This document shows, one piece after another, positions 9,526 through 17,435 of a DNA stretch of 64,000 nucleotides (positions are counted from its first letter, which is position 1; every line of letters starts with the position of its first letter). The stretch is from an uncultured Algibacter sp. (lineage in GTDB: Bacteria; Bacteroidota; Bacteroidia; Flavobacteriales; Flavobacteriaceae), in assembly GCA_947502405.1 (NCBI GenBank), contig CANMZT010000014.1, positions 7,309 to 71,308 on the forward strand. Reading direction: 5' to 3'. A model generated the notes under the pieces. The model ran no database searches and was not told the origin of the DNA. It was given only the letters and a program-made list of their open reading frames with translations. Both the position numbers and the translations under genes were made by a program.

Positions 9526-9963
9526 TTGCTTATGAAATCGTTATTTAGTCTCCTATTATTTTTGCTTCTAATGTCTTGTAGTGGCAATTCTAATGATGAC
9601 AGAAACTGTAGATTTTTACTTGATATTGGGGTGAATAGACAAATAGATCTTAATTTATTTCCATTTACTGAACTTCTATTTCCTGGAAACTCTGTATATG
9701 TCCCAAATGAAGGTAACGGTGGTATTATAATAGCTACAACAACCGGTAAAGAGTTTTATGCTTGGGACGCTGCCGATCCAAATCGGGAGCAAAGTAGTTG
9801 CTCGATTTTAGTTCCTGATGGCCTATTTGCAACTTCTAGTTGTGAAGATGCCAATCAATATGAATTAGTTAACGGAACAGCAGTAGGAGATAACGATTTA
9901 AGGTGTGCCTTAAAAAATTATCGTGTTCAACAAACTGGAAATATTCTTTTGATTTTTAATTAA
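9526..9963 (+). CDS. Lipoprotein with a degenerate Rieske-like fold
   Basis: Lipobox LMSC; GGIII...FYAWD.ADPN...C...C.D...Y.L.NG...LK.Y pattern. Confidence 0.55.
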   Translation: MLMKSLFSLLLFLLLMSCSGNSNDDRNCRFLLDIGVNRQIDLNLFPFTELLFPGNSVYVPNEGNGGIIIATTTGKEFYAWDAADPNREQSSCSILVPDGLFATSSCEDANQYELVNGTAVGDNDLRCALKNYRVQQTGNILLIFN

Positions 9964-10001
9964 AAAAAGCGCAGTTAGTCATAAAACCAACTGCACTTTT
10001 T
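9964..10001. terminator. Probable bidirectional terminator between convergent genes
   Basis: AAAAAGCGCAGTT...AACTGCACTTTTT. Confidence 0.6.
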
Positions 10002-10017
10002 AATCCCTAAAAATATT

Positions 10018-12201
10018 TTAAAACTTGAGTGTAGCTCCTACTAAAAAGTTAGTAGTGGCTTGTGGATAATATCCAGCAAAATAGCCTGTAGTAGTTCCCG
10101 TAGGGCTTGTATTATCATCAAAATCAAACGACCCAAAGTAACCGTTAGACACATATTTCTTATTAAAAATATTGTTTACCAATCCAGATAACACAATAGA
10201 CTTAAACAGTTTATTTGGCTTAATTTCGTAATTAATATTGAAATCGTTAACAAAATAACTTTCTAATAAAGATTCTTCATTATCAGTGTTACCCATATAT
10301 TGCTCACCCACATATTTACTTAATAATGATAGTTGCAATCGTTCCGCAGGGAAAAAATTAAGTGCATTACCGATTACTAAATCTGGAGAAAATGAAATAT
10401 TAGTATCTCCTAAGTTAACAACCTCACCATTTATTGAAGATGAAAAGTCTTTATTTTTATTACTACTTAAAGCAATATTTGTTGATGTACTAAAGTATTT
10501 ACTAAATTGAATGTTAGCATCAACTTCTAAACCTAGTCTATAACTTTTACCACTTGTAGCTCTTAATGGACTTCCCACATCATCTAACTCGCCTGTTAAC
10601 ACCAATTGATTTTGATAAAACATATAATAGATATTGGTATTAATACTGGCCTTTTCACTATTGTAACGCCATCCTAACTCAATATCATTTAAAGTTTCAT
10701 TTTCAGTTACACCGCCTTCAAAATCATCACGATTAGGTTCCCTATTAGCTCTTGCATAAGATGCATAAAAACTATTAAAATCGCAATGCTTGTATGTTAA
10801 ACCGACTTTTGGGTTGAAAAAACTAAAATCAGCATCCGTTACAAACTCATCTCTATCCGAGTTCAACCCATTCGTCTTATAACTCACAAAACGACCTTGT
10901 AAATCAATAAAACCTGTGATTTTTTCTGCTAATTTGAAAGTGGCTTTTGAAAATACACTAAAATCATTTTTTGTAGCATCTCCATCGTAGTAACGGTCTC
11001 TGATTTCAGTATTAGCAGTCAAGTCACTTCCCCAAATAACCTCTCCAAAATGGTCTCCCGTATAAGAACTCCATGAAATTCCAGAAATAATTTCCAACGC
11101 ATTTTCTTTATAAGTTACATTTGCATTTAAGACATAAAAATCATTATCTAACCACCTACGAACAATAACATCCGAATTATATTCAATCAAATTATTAAAA
11201 TCCTCTGCTGATTCTTCTGGCTTGTATTGCTCAAAATACCCTTTACCTTTTGTGTAGTTTAATCCTAAGTTGGTAGACCAATTATTATCAAAACGCTCGT
11301 TCCAATGTAATTGATAGTGGTCTTGCCAATAATTATCGGTTTCATTTTCATAAGTGTACGGGTTTTGACGACGATCCTCTTTTAGTTGTTCTGCCGTTAA
11401 ACCAAACCAAGATTGATAGGTTTGTTCTGTATTACCAAAAGTTAAAGCTTTAATTAAGGTGTTATCATCTTTATAAACACCTTGTATGAAATACGACTTT
11501 AAATCTGTAAACGCTCTATCTACATAGCCATCAGAATAAATATTAGAGAAACGACCAGAGATTTCGAAATGATCATTTAATAATCCTGTACTAACTTTTA
11601 CAGTATGTTTACGAGTGTTAAAACTACCAAAACTATTAGCAATTTCTGCTGAAGCTTCCTTAGAAAATGCATCTGTTAATAAATTGATACTAGCACCAAA
11701 AGCACCTGAACCATTTGTAGATGTACCAACACCACGCTGTAATTGTAAACTTTCAGTTGACGAGGCAAAATCCCCCAAATTCACCCAAAATGTACCTTGA
11801 CTTTCTGGATCGTTATAAGGTATACCGTTTATGGTAACATTTACTCGTGTTGCATCTGTACCACGAACTCTAATACCAGTGTAACCTACACCTGCACCAG
11901 CATCACTAGTAGTTACAACAGAAGGTAAGAAGTTTAACAAAACAGGAATATCCTGTCCTAAATTACGTTTTGCAAGTTCCTCTTTTGAAACGTTTGAATG
12001 CGTAATTGGAGAATCTGCATCCACTCTAACTGCATTTACTAAAACTTCATCTAGTTTTTCAGTTTTAGTTGAATCTTGTACTTTTTGATTTTGCTGTGCA
12101 TTAATTCCAATTGTAACAAGCAGAATTAAAGCAGCTACAAACTTTTTTTGATGAGATTCCTGCCTTCGCAGGAATGACAAATTTTTGAATAAATTTTTCA
12201 T
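10018..12201 (-). CDS. TonB-dependent receptor, probably for thiamine
   Basis: Signal peptide, plug motif (RVRG.D..R.NVTING.PYND), C-terminal GATLKF; TPP riboswitch upstream. Confidence 0.9.
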   Translation of the reverse strand: MKNLFKNLSFLRRQESHQKKFVAALILLVTIGINAQQNQKVQDSTKTEKLDEVLVNAVRVDADSPITHSNVSKEELAKRNLGQDIPVLLNFLPSVVTTSDAGAGVGYTGIRVRGTDATRVNVTINGIPYNDPESQGTFWVNLGDFASSTESLQLQRGVGTSTNGSGAFGASINLLTDAFSKEASAEIANSFGSFNTRKHTVKVSTGLLNDHFEISGRFSNIYSDGYVDRAFTDLKSYFIQGVYKDDNTLIKALTFGNTEQTYQSWFGLTAEQLKEDRRQNPYTYENETDNYWQDHYQLHWNERFDNNWSTNLGLNYTKGKGYFEQYKPEESAEDFNNLIEYNSDVIVRRWLDNDFYVLNANVTYKENALEIISGISWSSYTGDHFGEVIWGSDLTANTEIRDRYYDGDATKNDFSVFSKATFKLAEKITGFIDLQGRFVSYKTNGLNSDRDEFVTDADFSFFNPKVGLTYKHCDFNSFYASYARANREPNRDDFEGGVTENETLNDIELGWRYNSEKASINTNIYYMFYQNQLVLTGELDDVGSPLRATSGKSYRLGLEVDANIQFSKYFSTSTNIALSSNKNKDFSSSINGEVVNLGDTNISFSPDLVIGNALNFFPAERLQLSLLSKYVGEQYMGNTDNEESLLESYFVNDFNINYEIKPNKLFKSIVLSGLVNNIFNKKYVSNGYFGSFDFDDNTSPTGTTTGYFAGYYPQATTNFLVGATLKF
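12153..12179 (-). repeat. TGTC-tagged REP-like palindrome inside the receptor CDS
   Basis: TGTCATTCCTGCGAAGGCAGGAATCTC, read in frame as LSFLRRQES. Confidence 0.85.
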
Positions 12202-12340
12202 GTCGATTATGAATTTATAATCGAATAAAAAGAGGTAATTATTCTTTGTTATTAATAATTAAGTTTTGAACGTTAGAAATATTTAGTTAAAATTTAGCTT
12301 AGTTATTAGTATCAAATAAGATGAACTAATCGCAATCACT

Positions 12341-12362
12341 AAAAATGTCTACTAGACATTTT
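12341..12362 (-). terminator. Candidate terminator in the TPP riboswitch expression platform
   Basis: AAAATGTC-TAGTA-GACATTTTT on the minus strand, just downstream of the aptamer. Confidence 0.4.
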
Positions 12363-12371
12363 CTAAACGTT

Positions 12372-12442
12372 CGCTTTCCTAAACAGCATTACCTGTTCTA
12401 GGTTCAATGGGTATGATCTCAGCCGATAATAGGCACCCCTTT
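12372..12442 (-). promoter_or_regulatory. TPP (THI-box) riboswitch aptamer
   Basis: Minus strand GGGGTGCC..GGCTGAGATCATACCCATTGAACCTAGAACAGGTAATGCTGTTTAGGAAAG contains the TPP hallmarks CTGAGA, ATACCC, GAACCT and TAATGC. Confidence 0.93.
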
Positions 12443-12455
12443 TTTGAGAACGGTG

Positions 12456-12463
12456 CAAATGTA
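12456..12463 (-). promoter_or_regulatory. -7 promoter box (TACATTTG) for the riboswitch-receptor transcript
   Basis: Consensus match just upstream of the aptamer. Confidence 0.75.
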
Positions 12464-12503
12464 ATAACGAATTTTGGATTATAAATTAAAAATAACCTTT
12501 TTT

Positions 12504-12911
12504 TTAATCCAAATTAGGCTTTTTTCTATTAGCCTTCTTTTCAGACAGTTTGCGTTTACTATTTAGTCGTTTTTTAACTACTGCTTTTGGAACTTTAGTT
12601 GGTTTACGCTTTTTGGGAACTTTCAAAGCTTCTTTAATCAAACCCAAAAACCTCTTAATAACTAGGTCTTTATTTTTGTGCTGACTTCTACTTTCATCAC
12701 ACTGTAAAATCAATACTCCTTCTTTTGTTAATCGATTTTGAAGTTTATCTAAAAGACGTTCCTTTTGTTCAACATTAAGTATAAGCGACTCTGATATATT
12801 AAATGACAATTCTACTTTTGAAGAGACCTTATTAACATGCTGCCCTCCACTTCCGGAGCTTCTAACAGCTTTAAAAGTTAACTCTTGTAATATGGCTTCT
12901 TCATCAAACAT
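12504..12911 (-). CDS. arfB: Alternative ribosome rescue peptidyl-tRNA hydrolase ArfB
   Basis: RSSGSGGQHVNKV (GGQ), RSQHKNK, basic tail. Confidence 0.95.
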   Translation of the reverse strand: MFDEEAILQELTFKAVRSSGSGGQHVNKVSSKVELSFNISESLILNVEQKERLLDKLQNRLTKEGVLILQCDESRSQHKNKDLVIKRFLGLIKEALKVPKKRKPTKVPKAVVKKRLNSKRKLSEKKANRKKPNLD

Positions 12912-14461
12912 TAAGATACTTGATGCACAGGTTTCAATAAGTCGTTTACTGTTTTTACAGGATTAAAAGTTTCCAAGGGTACTTCTACAAAAATAGAATT
13001 CCAGTATGCCATACTACCGTTCCACAATCCAGGAAGCTCAAGAGCTTGAATATCTACTCCATTTTGTGTTTTAGTGGTTATAAAAGCGGCTTCTGGGTCA
13101 ACAAACTTTGTTAAATCAAATTTTTCTCCTTTATAATTTTTTACGCCACAAACTAAATCTGTAGGATTAAAATGTGTGGCCTTATATACTATACCTTGCT
13201 GATTCTTTTTACCAAAATTAATTTGAGCAAATTCAACTATTTGTAATGATATTTTACCCTCATCATCTTTTACCCAAAATGGACCTCCACCAGGTTCTCC
13301 TTGGTTTTTTACCATACCACAAACTCGAATAGGTCTATCAAATTTTTCTTTTAAATAACTTATTTTTTCCTCAGAGCAAAAGGCTTCAAAATCTGCCACA
13401 ACTGGCACATTTAATCTATAACGTAAAAACAAAGCCATCACTTTAAAATCAGCATCATCTAAATAACCTTCATCGAGCTTTTTCAAATAAGTAAAAACTT
13501 TCTCTTGAGCTTCTAAAAGAACACCAGCCAATAATTTCTTATAGTTTGAAACTTCAATATTTTTATTTGCAACAACTATATTGTCTATATTTTTAATAAA
13601 AATTAAGTCGTTATCTAAATCGTTTAAATTCTCTAGTAGCGCACCATGGCCAGCTGGTCTGAATAAAATTGAACCATCTTCATTTCTAAACACCTTATCA
13701 TCAAGAGTTAAAGCAACTGTTTCGGTTGCTTCTTTTTGAAAAGAATAAGACACATTGAATTTTGTATTTGTTTGGTCTTCTATCGGCTCTACAACAGCAC
13801 TAAACTCTTTTTTAAAATAGAGATGATGTTTTTCTGAAACTGTGAAATGTAGATTTGATTTACCATTGGAAGATGCATACAAGGTAGATTCAAATAAATG
13901 CTCTTCAAAGGCTGTTTTTACTTGCGCTCCGTACTTATGAAAAGGCAATAAACCTTTTGGTAAAAAGCTATAGTTTAGCCCATCAGCATCTAGCATGGTT
14001 TTTACAAATAACATTTGCTTTTCTTCGTTAGTTAAAGCATCATAATTTGGTGTTCCTTGACGAATCACTGATTGCACTTCATTATAAAATGGAAACTGTT
14101 CTAATTTTTCAAAAAAGGTTTCAATTAGAGCTTCATTTTTTCGCTCTGCATATTTTTTAACATTCTCTTTTGAGGGATTAAAATGTTGTAAAAACTGAAA
14201 CAAAAACTTAAACATACGTGTTGCTGCTCCTGAAGCAGGAACAAACTTCACGATTGATAAATTATCCTTTTTATTGTCATAAAGATTTATCAACTCTTGA
14301 GTTTCACCTTTATCATAGCTTTCTATACCTTTTCCTATGGTAGCAGCTGCCACAAGATCAGAAAATGACATGCCGTTTTTTAATCTGGACACTTGTGCGT
14401 TAACCTGATCTGGAGTTATTCCTTTACTTTTTATTTGCTTAATATCTTTCTCTGTAAACAT
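12911..14461 (-). CDS. DUF4301 family protein (nucleotidyltransferase-like)
   Basis: KFVPASGAATRMFK, RPAGHGAL, KNIDN, GEPGGGPFW, THFNP.DLVC, LELPGLWNGSM, FNPVKTVNDLL. Confidence 0.85.
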   Translation of the reverse strand: MFTEKDIKQIKSKGITPDQVNAQVSRLKNGMSFSDLVAAATIGKGIESYDKGETQELINLYDNKKDNLSIVKFVPASGAATRMFKFLFQFLQHFNPSKENVKKYAERKNEALIETFFEKLEQFPFYNEVQSVIRQGTPNYDALTNEEKQMLFVKTMLDADGLNYSFLPKGLLPFHKYGAQVKTAFEEHLFESTLYASSNGKSNLHFTVSEKHHLYFKKEFSAVVEPIEDQTNTKFNVSYSFQKEATETVALTLDDKVFRNEDGSILFRPAGHGALLENLNDLDNDLIFIKNIDNIVVANKNIEVSNYKKLLAGVLLEAQEKVFTYLKKLDEGYLDDADFKVMALFLRYRLNVPVVADFEAFCSEEKISYLKEKFDRPIRVCGMVKNQGEPGGGPFWVKDDEGKISLQIVEFAQINFGKKNQQGIVYKATHFNPTDLVCGVKNYKGEKFDLTKFVDPEAAFITTKTQNGVDIQALELPGLWNGSMAYWNSIFVEVPLETFNPVKTVNDLLKPVHQVS

Positions 14462-14462
14462 C

Positions 14463-15032
14463 TTATTCTTTGGGGTTTAATAATTTGTCAATATGTTTTA
14501 CTGCTGTTTCTAAACGCGTTTTCTTATCACCTTTTAAAAGCACAAAAGGTTTTTTATATTTTAATAATGCTTCTTGGAAAGCATCAAACATTTCTTTTCT
14601 ATGCTCAGGTTTATCTCTTAAATCATCTGCTTCCCAAGGCGTATCAATATAGGTTAAAAAATACAAATCGTAAGAATTCTCTAAAGCATGCTTCTCTAGT
14701 GTTGGGTCGCAACTTCCTAAGTAATAAGCTTCAGAATAAACCTTGGTTTCTAACAAATCCGTATCACAAATCAGCACTGAATCGGTTTTTTGAGCCAATT
14801 CATTTTCCAATTTCATTTGTCCTTCTGCTATAGGTAATAAATCTTCTGGCTCACAGGTTTTTCGCTCATTATTCCATTTGTTTTGAAGATATTCACGAGC
14901 ATATTCTGGTACCCAAACAGAGTTATAATACCTAGCCAATTGTCTTGACAAAGTAGTTTTTCCTGTAGATTCGGGACCAAACAAAACCACTTTTATGCAG
15001 TTTGCAGGTTGTTGTTTATATTTTTCTTCCAT
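14463..15032 (-). CDS. Stand-alone NadR-type P-loop kinase (AAA_28)
   Basis: GPESTGKTTL Walker A, VPEYAREYL, CDTD, PWEADDLRD. Confidence 0.88.
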   Translation of the reverse strand: MEEKYKQQPANCIKVVLFGPESTGKTTLSRQLARYYNSVWVPEYAREYLQNKWNNERKTCEPEDLLPIAEGQMKLENELAQKTDSVLICDTDLLETKVYSEAYYLGSCDPTLEKHALENSYDLYFLTYIDTPWEADDLRDKPEHRKEMFDAFQEALLKYKKPFVLLKGDKKTRLETAVKHIDKLLNPKE

Positions 15033-15625
15033 GCTATGTAGCCAAAAATGGCAATAAAAGTGAATCCTAAATATTGTAAACTCGTAAACGTAAAACCTTT
15101 ATAAAAGTATAACGGCACGGAAATAATGTCTCCAATAATCCAAAAAATCCAATTTTCGAGTTTACGTCTTGCCATAAGCCACATACCAACAAAAAATATT
15201 GCTGTAGTTATGGTATCTATATAGGCTACCCAACTCGTCCATTTATCAAAACTTTGGTAAACTAAATAAACAAATAAGAGTGTTGCTAAAAATATAGCTA
15301 TACTTATCTTTTTTTCGTTGAATGTTGTTTTGGATATTGGGGTAACATGCTCATCATCAATTTTCTTCGTCCAAATGTACCAACCATAAACACTCATCAC
15401 AAAGTAGTATGCGTTTATCATCATATCTCCCAACAACTCCCACTTAAGCAGTAAATACACAAAAATAACGGTACTTATCATACCCGTTGGAAACACAAAA
15501 ACATTGTTCTGCTTAGAGAACCAAACCGATAAAAATCCAAAAAAAACAGCAACTATTTCTAAAACAATATCAATCGTTTCATATTCTGAATATTGCCCAA
15601 AGAAAAACTCAAAAATGAGGTTCAT
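14993..15625 (-). CDS. pnuC: PnuC/PnuT family vitamin transporter (nicotinamide riboside or thiamine)
   Basis: Seven-TM pattern; FPTG, YGWYIW, D..TT, WLMARRKLENWIFWI..D. Confidence 0.92.
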   Translation of the reverse strand: MNLIFEFFFGQYSEYETIDIVLEIVAVFFGFLSVWFSKQNNVFVFPTGMISTVIFVYLLLKWELLGDMMINAYYFVMSVYGWYIWTKKIDDEHVTPISKTTFNEKKISIAIFLATLLFVYLVYQSFDKWTSWVAYIDTITTAIFFVGMWLMARRKLENWIFWIIGDIISVPLYFYKGFTFTSLQYLGFTFIAIFGYIAWKKNINNNLQTA

Positions 15626-15869
15626 AATCGTATCTGTCTGATTTTACAATTTTCATGTAGAGTAAACCGCGTTCAATAAGCTCGAAAGCTTCTTTTATTT
15701 CAGATGTTAATACTTGCATAACCTCATCATAATCACCATAAACTTGTGTGCTTAATGGGTTTTCAAGCACTTTTAATTTAGATGCTCTTAACTTTTTAAT
15801 GAAATGAATAATAGCTGGTTCAAAATCATCTTGCAATGGTGTTAGTGTTAATTCTACTGATATTTTCAT
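15609..15869 (-). CDS. Thiamine-binding protein family (YkoF/MTH1187-like)
   Basis: SVELTLTPL...NPLSTQVYGDYDEVM ferredoxin-like pattern. Confidence 0.75.
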   Translation of the reverse strand: MKISVELTLTPLQDDFEPAIIHFIKKLRASKLKVLENPLSTQVYGDYDEVMQVLTSEIKEAFELIERGLLYMKIVKSDRYDYEPHF

Positions 15870-15882
15870 TAATTTATCTTTT

Positions 15883-15906
15883 TATCATTTCCACGAAGGT
15901 GGGAAG
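15883..15906 (+). repeat. Degenerate TGTC-tagged REP-like palindrome
   Basis: TATCATTTCCACGAAGGTGGGAAG. Confidence 0.55.
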
Positions 15907-15952
15907 CTTTTTTATTTTATACGAGATACTGAAATAAGTTCAGTATGATAAT

Positions 15953-16678
15953 TTACTTTAGTAATTCATCAAAAAACGATTCATCTTCTTCAAAGGCGGT
16001 ACCTATAACTACAATATCTGCTCCTGCTTCAAAAGCATTTTCAATCTGCAATTTAGTCCTTAAACCACCTCCTATAATTAACGGAATCTGTAACTCATTT
16101 TTTACAGCTTTAATAATTTCTTTAGTTAAACCGTATTTTGCACCGCTTCCTGCTTCCAAATATATTAGCTTCATACCTAAAAGCTGTCCTGCTTTGGCAG
16201 TATCTAATATGTGTTGGACATTATTTCTTGATATAGGTTTTGTTTCAGTAACTTGTTCTACTGCTGAAATTTTACCACTTTCAATTAAAATATATCCTGT
16301 TGGGATTACCTCTAAAGACGAATCCTTTAACTTGGAAACTGCTCTTACATGCTTACCAATTAAATACTCAGGATTTCTACCAGAAAGCAAAGACAAAAAT
16401 AACAATCCATCTGCCTTATTCGTAATTTGAGTAACATCTCCAGGAAATAAAATTACTGGTAACTTAGTATGCTTTTTAATCTCAGAAACCAAATCTTCTG
16501 TTAAACCTTCATTCACAGAGCTCCCGCCAACAAATATATGTGTTGCGATAGATTTGTTTACTTTATTAATAAAATACAATGCTTTATCAACAGAAAACTT
16601 ATCGGGGTCAATTAAAATGGCAAGTAATTTTTCGCCTTTACTGATACTATCTTGTATGTTATTATAAATAGCATCCAT
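15953..16678 (-). CDS. Geranylgeranylglyceryl/heptaprenylglyceryl phosphate synthase (PcrB/GGGPS family)
   Basis: LIDPDK, FVGGS, LFPG, LSGRNPEYLIG, YLEAGSGA, GGGLR; ATG 16678 overlaps the upstream stop (TAATG). Confidence 0.92.
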   Translation of the reverse strand: MDAIYNNIQDSISKGEKLLAILIDPDKFSVDKALYFINKVNKSIATHIFVGGSSVNEGLTEDLVSEIKKHTKLPVILFPGDVTQITNKADGLLFLSLLSGRNPEYLIGKHVRAVSKLKDSSLEVIPTGYILIESGKISAVEQVTETKPISRNNVQHILDTAKAGQLLGMKLIYLEAGSGAKYGLTKEIIKAVKNELQIPLIIGGGLRTKLQIENAFEAGADIVVIGTAFEEDESFFDELLK

Positions 16679-17304
16679 TAGGCTATGGCATAAGCACATG
16701 TAAATCCTTCAAACTCTAAAAAATGAATACTATAACGGTATTTTTTACCTTCATAATCAATCCATGCAATAGTATCATTATCAATAATTGAAAATGGAAT
16801 TACTAAACAGTGCTGTTTAAAACTCAATCCTGGTGTAGCAAAAAGTTTATATAATGATTCTTTTACACACCAAATAGTTGTTAGTTTTTTAACATAGTCA
16901 GAATCCCCTACCTCTAAGTAATCAAACTCATAATCAATAAACTTATGTGCTATCACAGAAATTTTTTCACGCTGCTTTTCTATATCTATACCAACTACTA
17001 AATCACTAACAATAACTGCCGAAAAATTAAATGAATGCGTAATAGAAATTTGCTTGCCATCTTTTAAATGGGGTTTACCGTTTTCATCATAAAACAAATC
17101 AGAATCAGTATACCCAAACTCGTGCAATAAATGACGAACACTTAAAAAACCACGCTGATGTAATTCACTTTTCATGCCCAAAACCCGATTTAAAGCAATA
17201 GGTTTTAAATTAACCTTTGCCATTAAATCCTCGTAAGATTCTGTAATCTTCCAAATTTTAACAGTAGTTTGTGAATTTGGTGTAATGGTTTTATAAAGTG
17301 GCAT
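16678..17304 (-). CDS. 4'-phosphopantetheinyl transferase family protein
   Basis: GKP.L....ISITHS, VGIDIE, WCVKESLYK. Confidence 0.9.
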   Translation of the reverse strand: MPLYKTITPNSQTTVKIWKITESYEDLMAKVNLKPIALNRVLGMKSELHQRGFLSVRHLLHEFGYTDSDLFYDENGKPHLKDGKQISITHSFNFSAVIVSDLVVGIDIEKQREKISVIAHKFIDYEFDYLEVGDSDYVKKLTTIWCVKESLYKLFATPGLSFKQHCLVIPFSIIDNDTIAWIDYEGKKYRYSIHFLEFEGFTCAYAIA

Positions 17305-17327
17305 TTAATATTCTGAATGTTATTGAT

Positions 17328-17335
17328 TATCTTTG
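17328..17335 (+). promoter_or_regulatory. -7 promoter box (TATCTTTG) for ahcY
   Basis: Consensus match followed by GCA. Confidence 0.7.
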
Positions 17336-17435
17336 CACCGCCTAATACGGATTACATCAATTTGGTTAGCGAATTTAACTATTTTAAGTACTAATCCCAA
17401 TCAAGTTAGGTTTAAAAAACAAAAGAAAAATTACT

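Noticed and set aside
14393-14833. 146-aa plus-strand ORF
   Set aside because: Antisense shadow of the kinase and DUF4301 genes with no protein-like features
15945-16430. 161-aa plus-strand ORF
   Set aside because: Antisense to the GGGP synthase gene
17341-17435. SAM-II or SAH riboswitch call upstream of ahcY
   Set aside because: GAATTTAAC looks superficially SAM-II-like, but the TTGC and GCTAAA elements and the SAH core are missing; kept only as a low-interest finding
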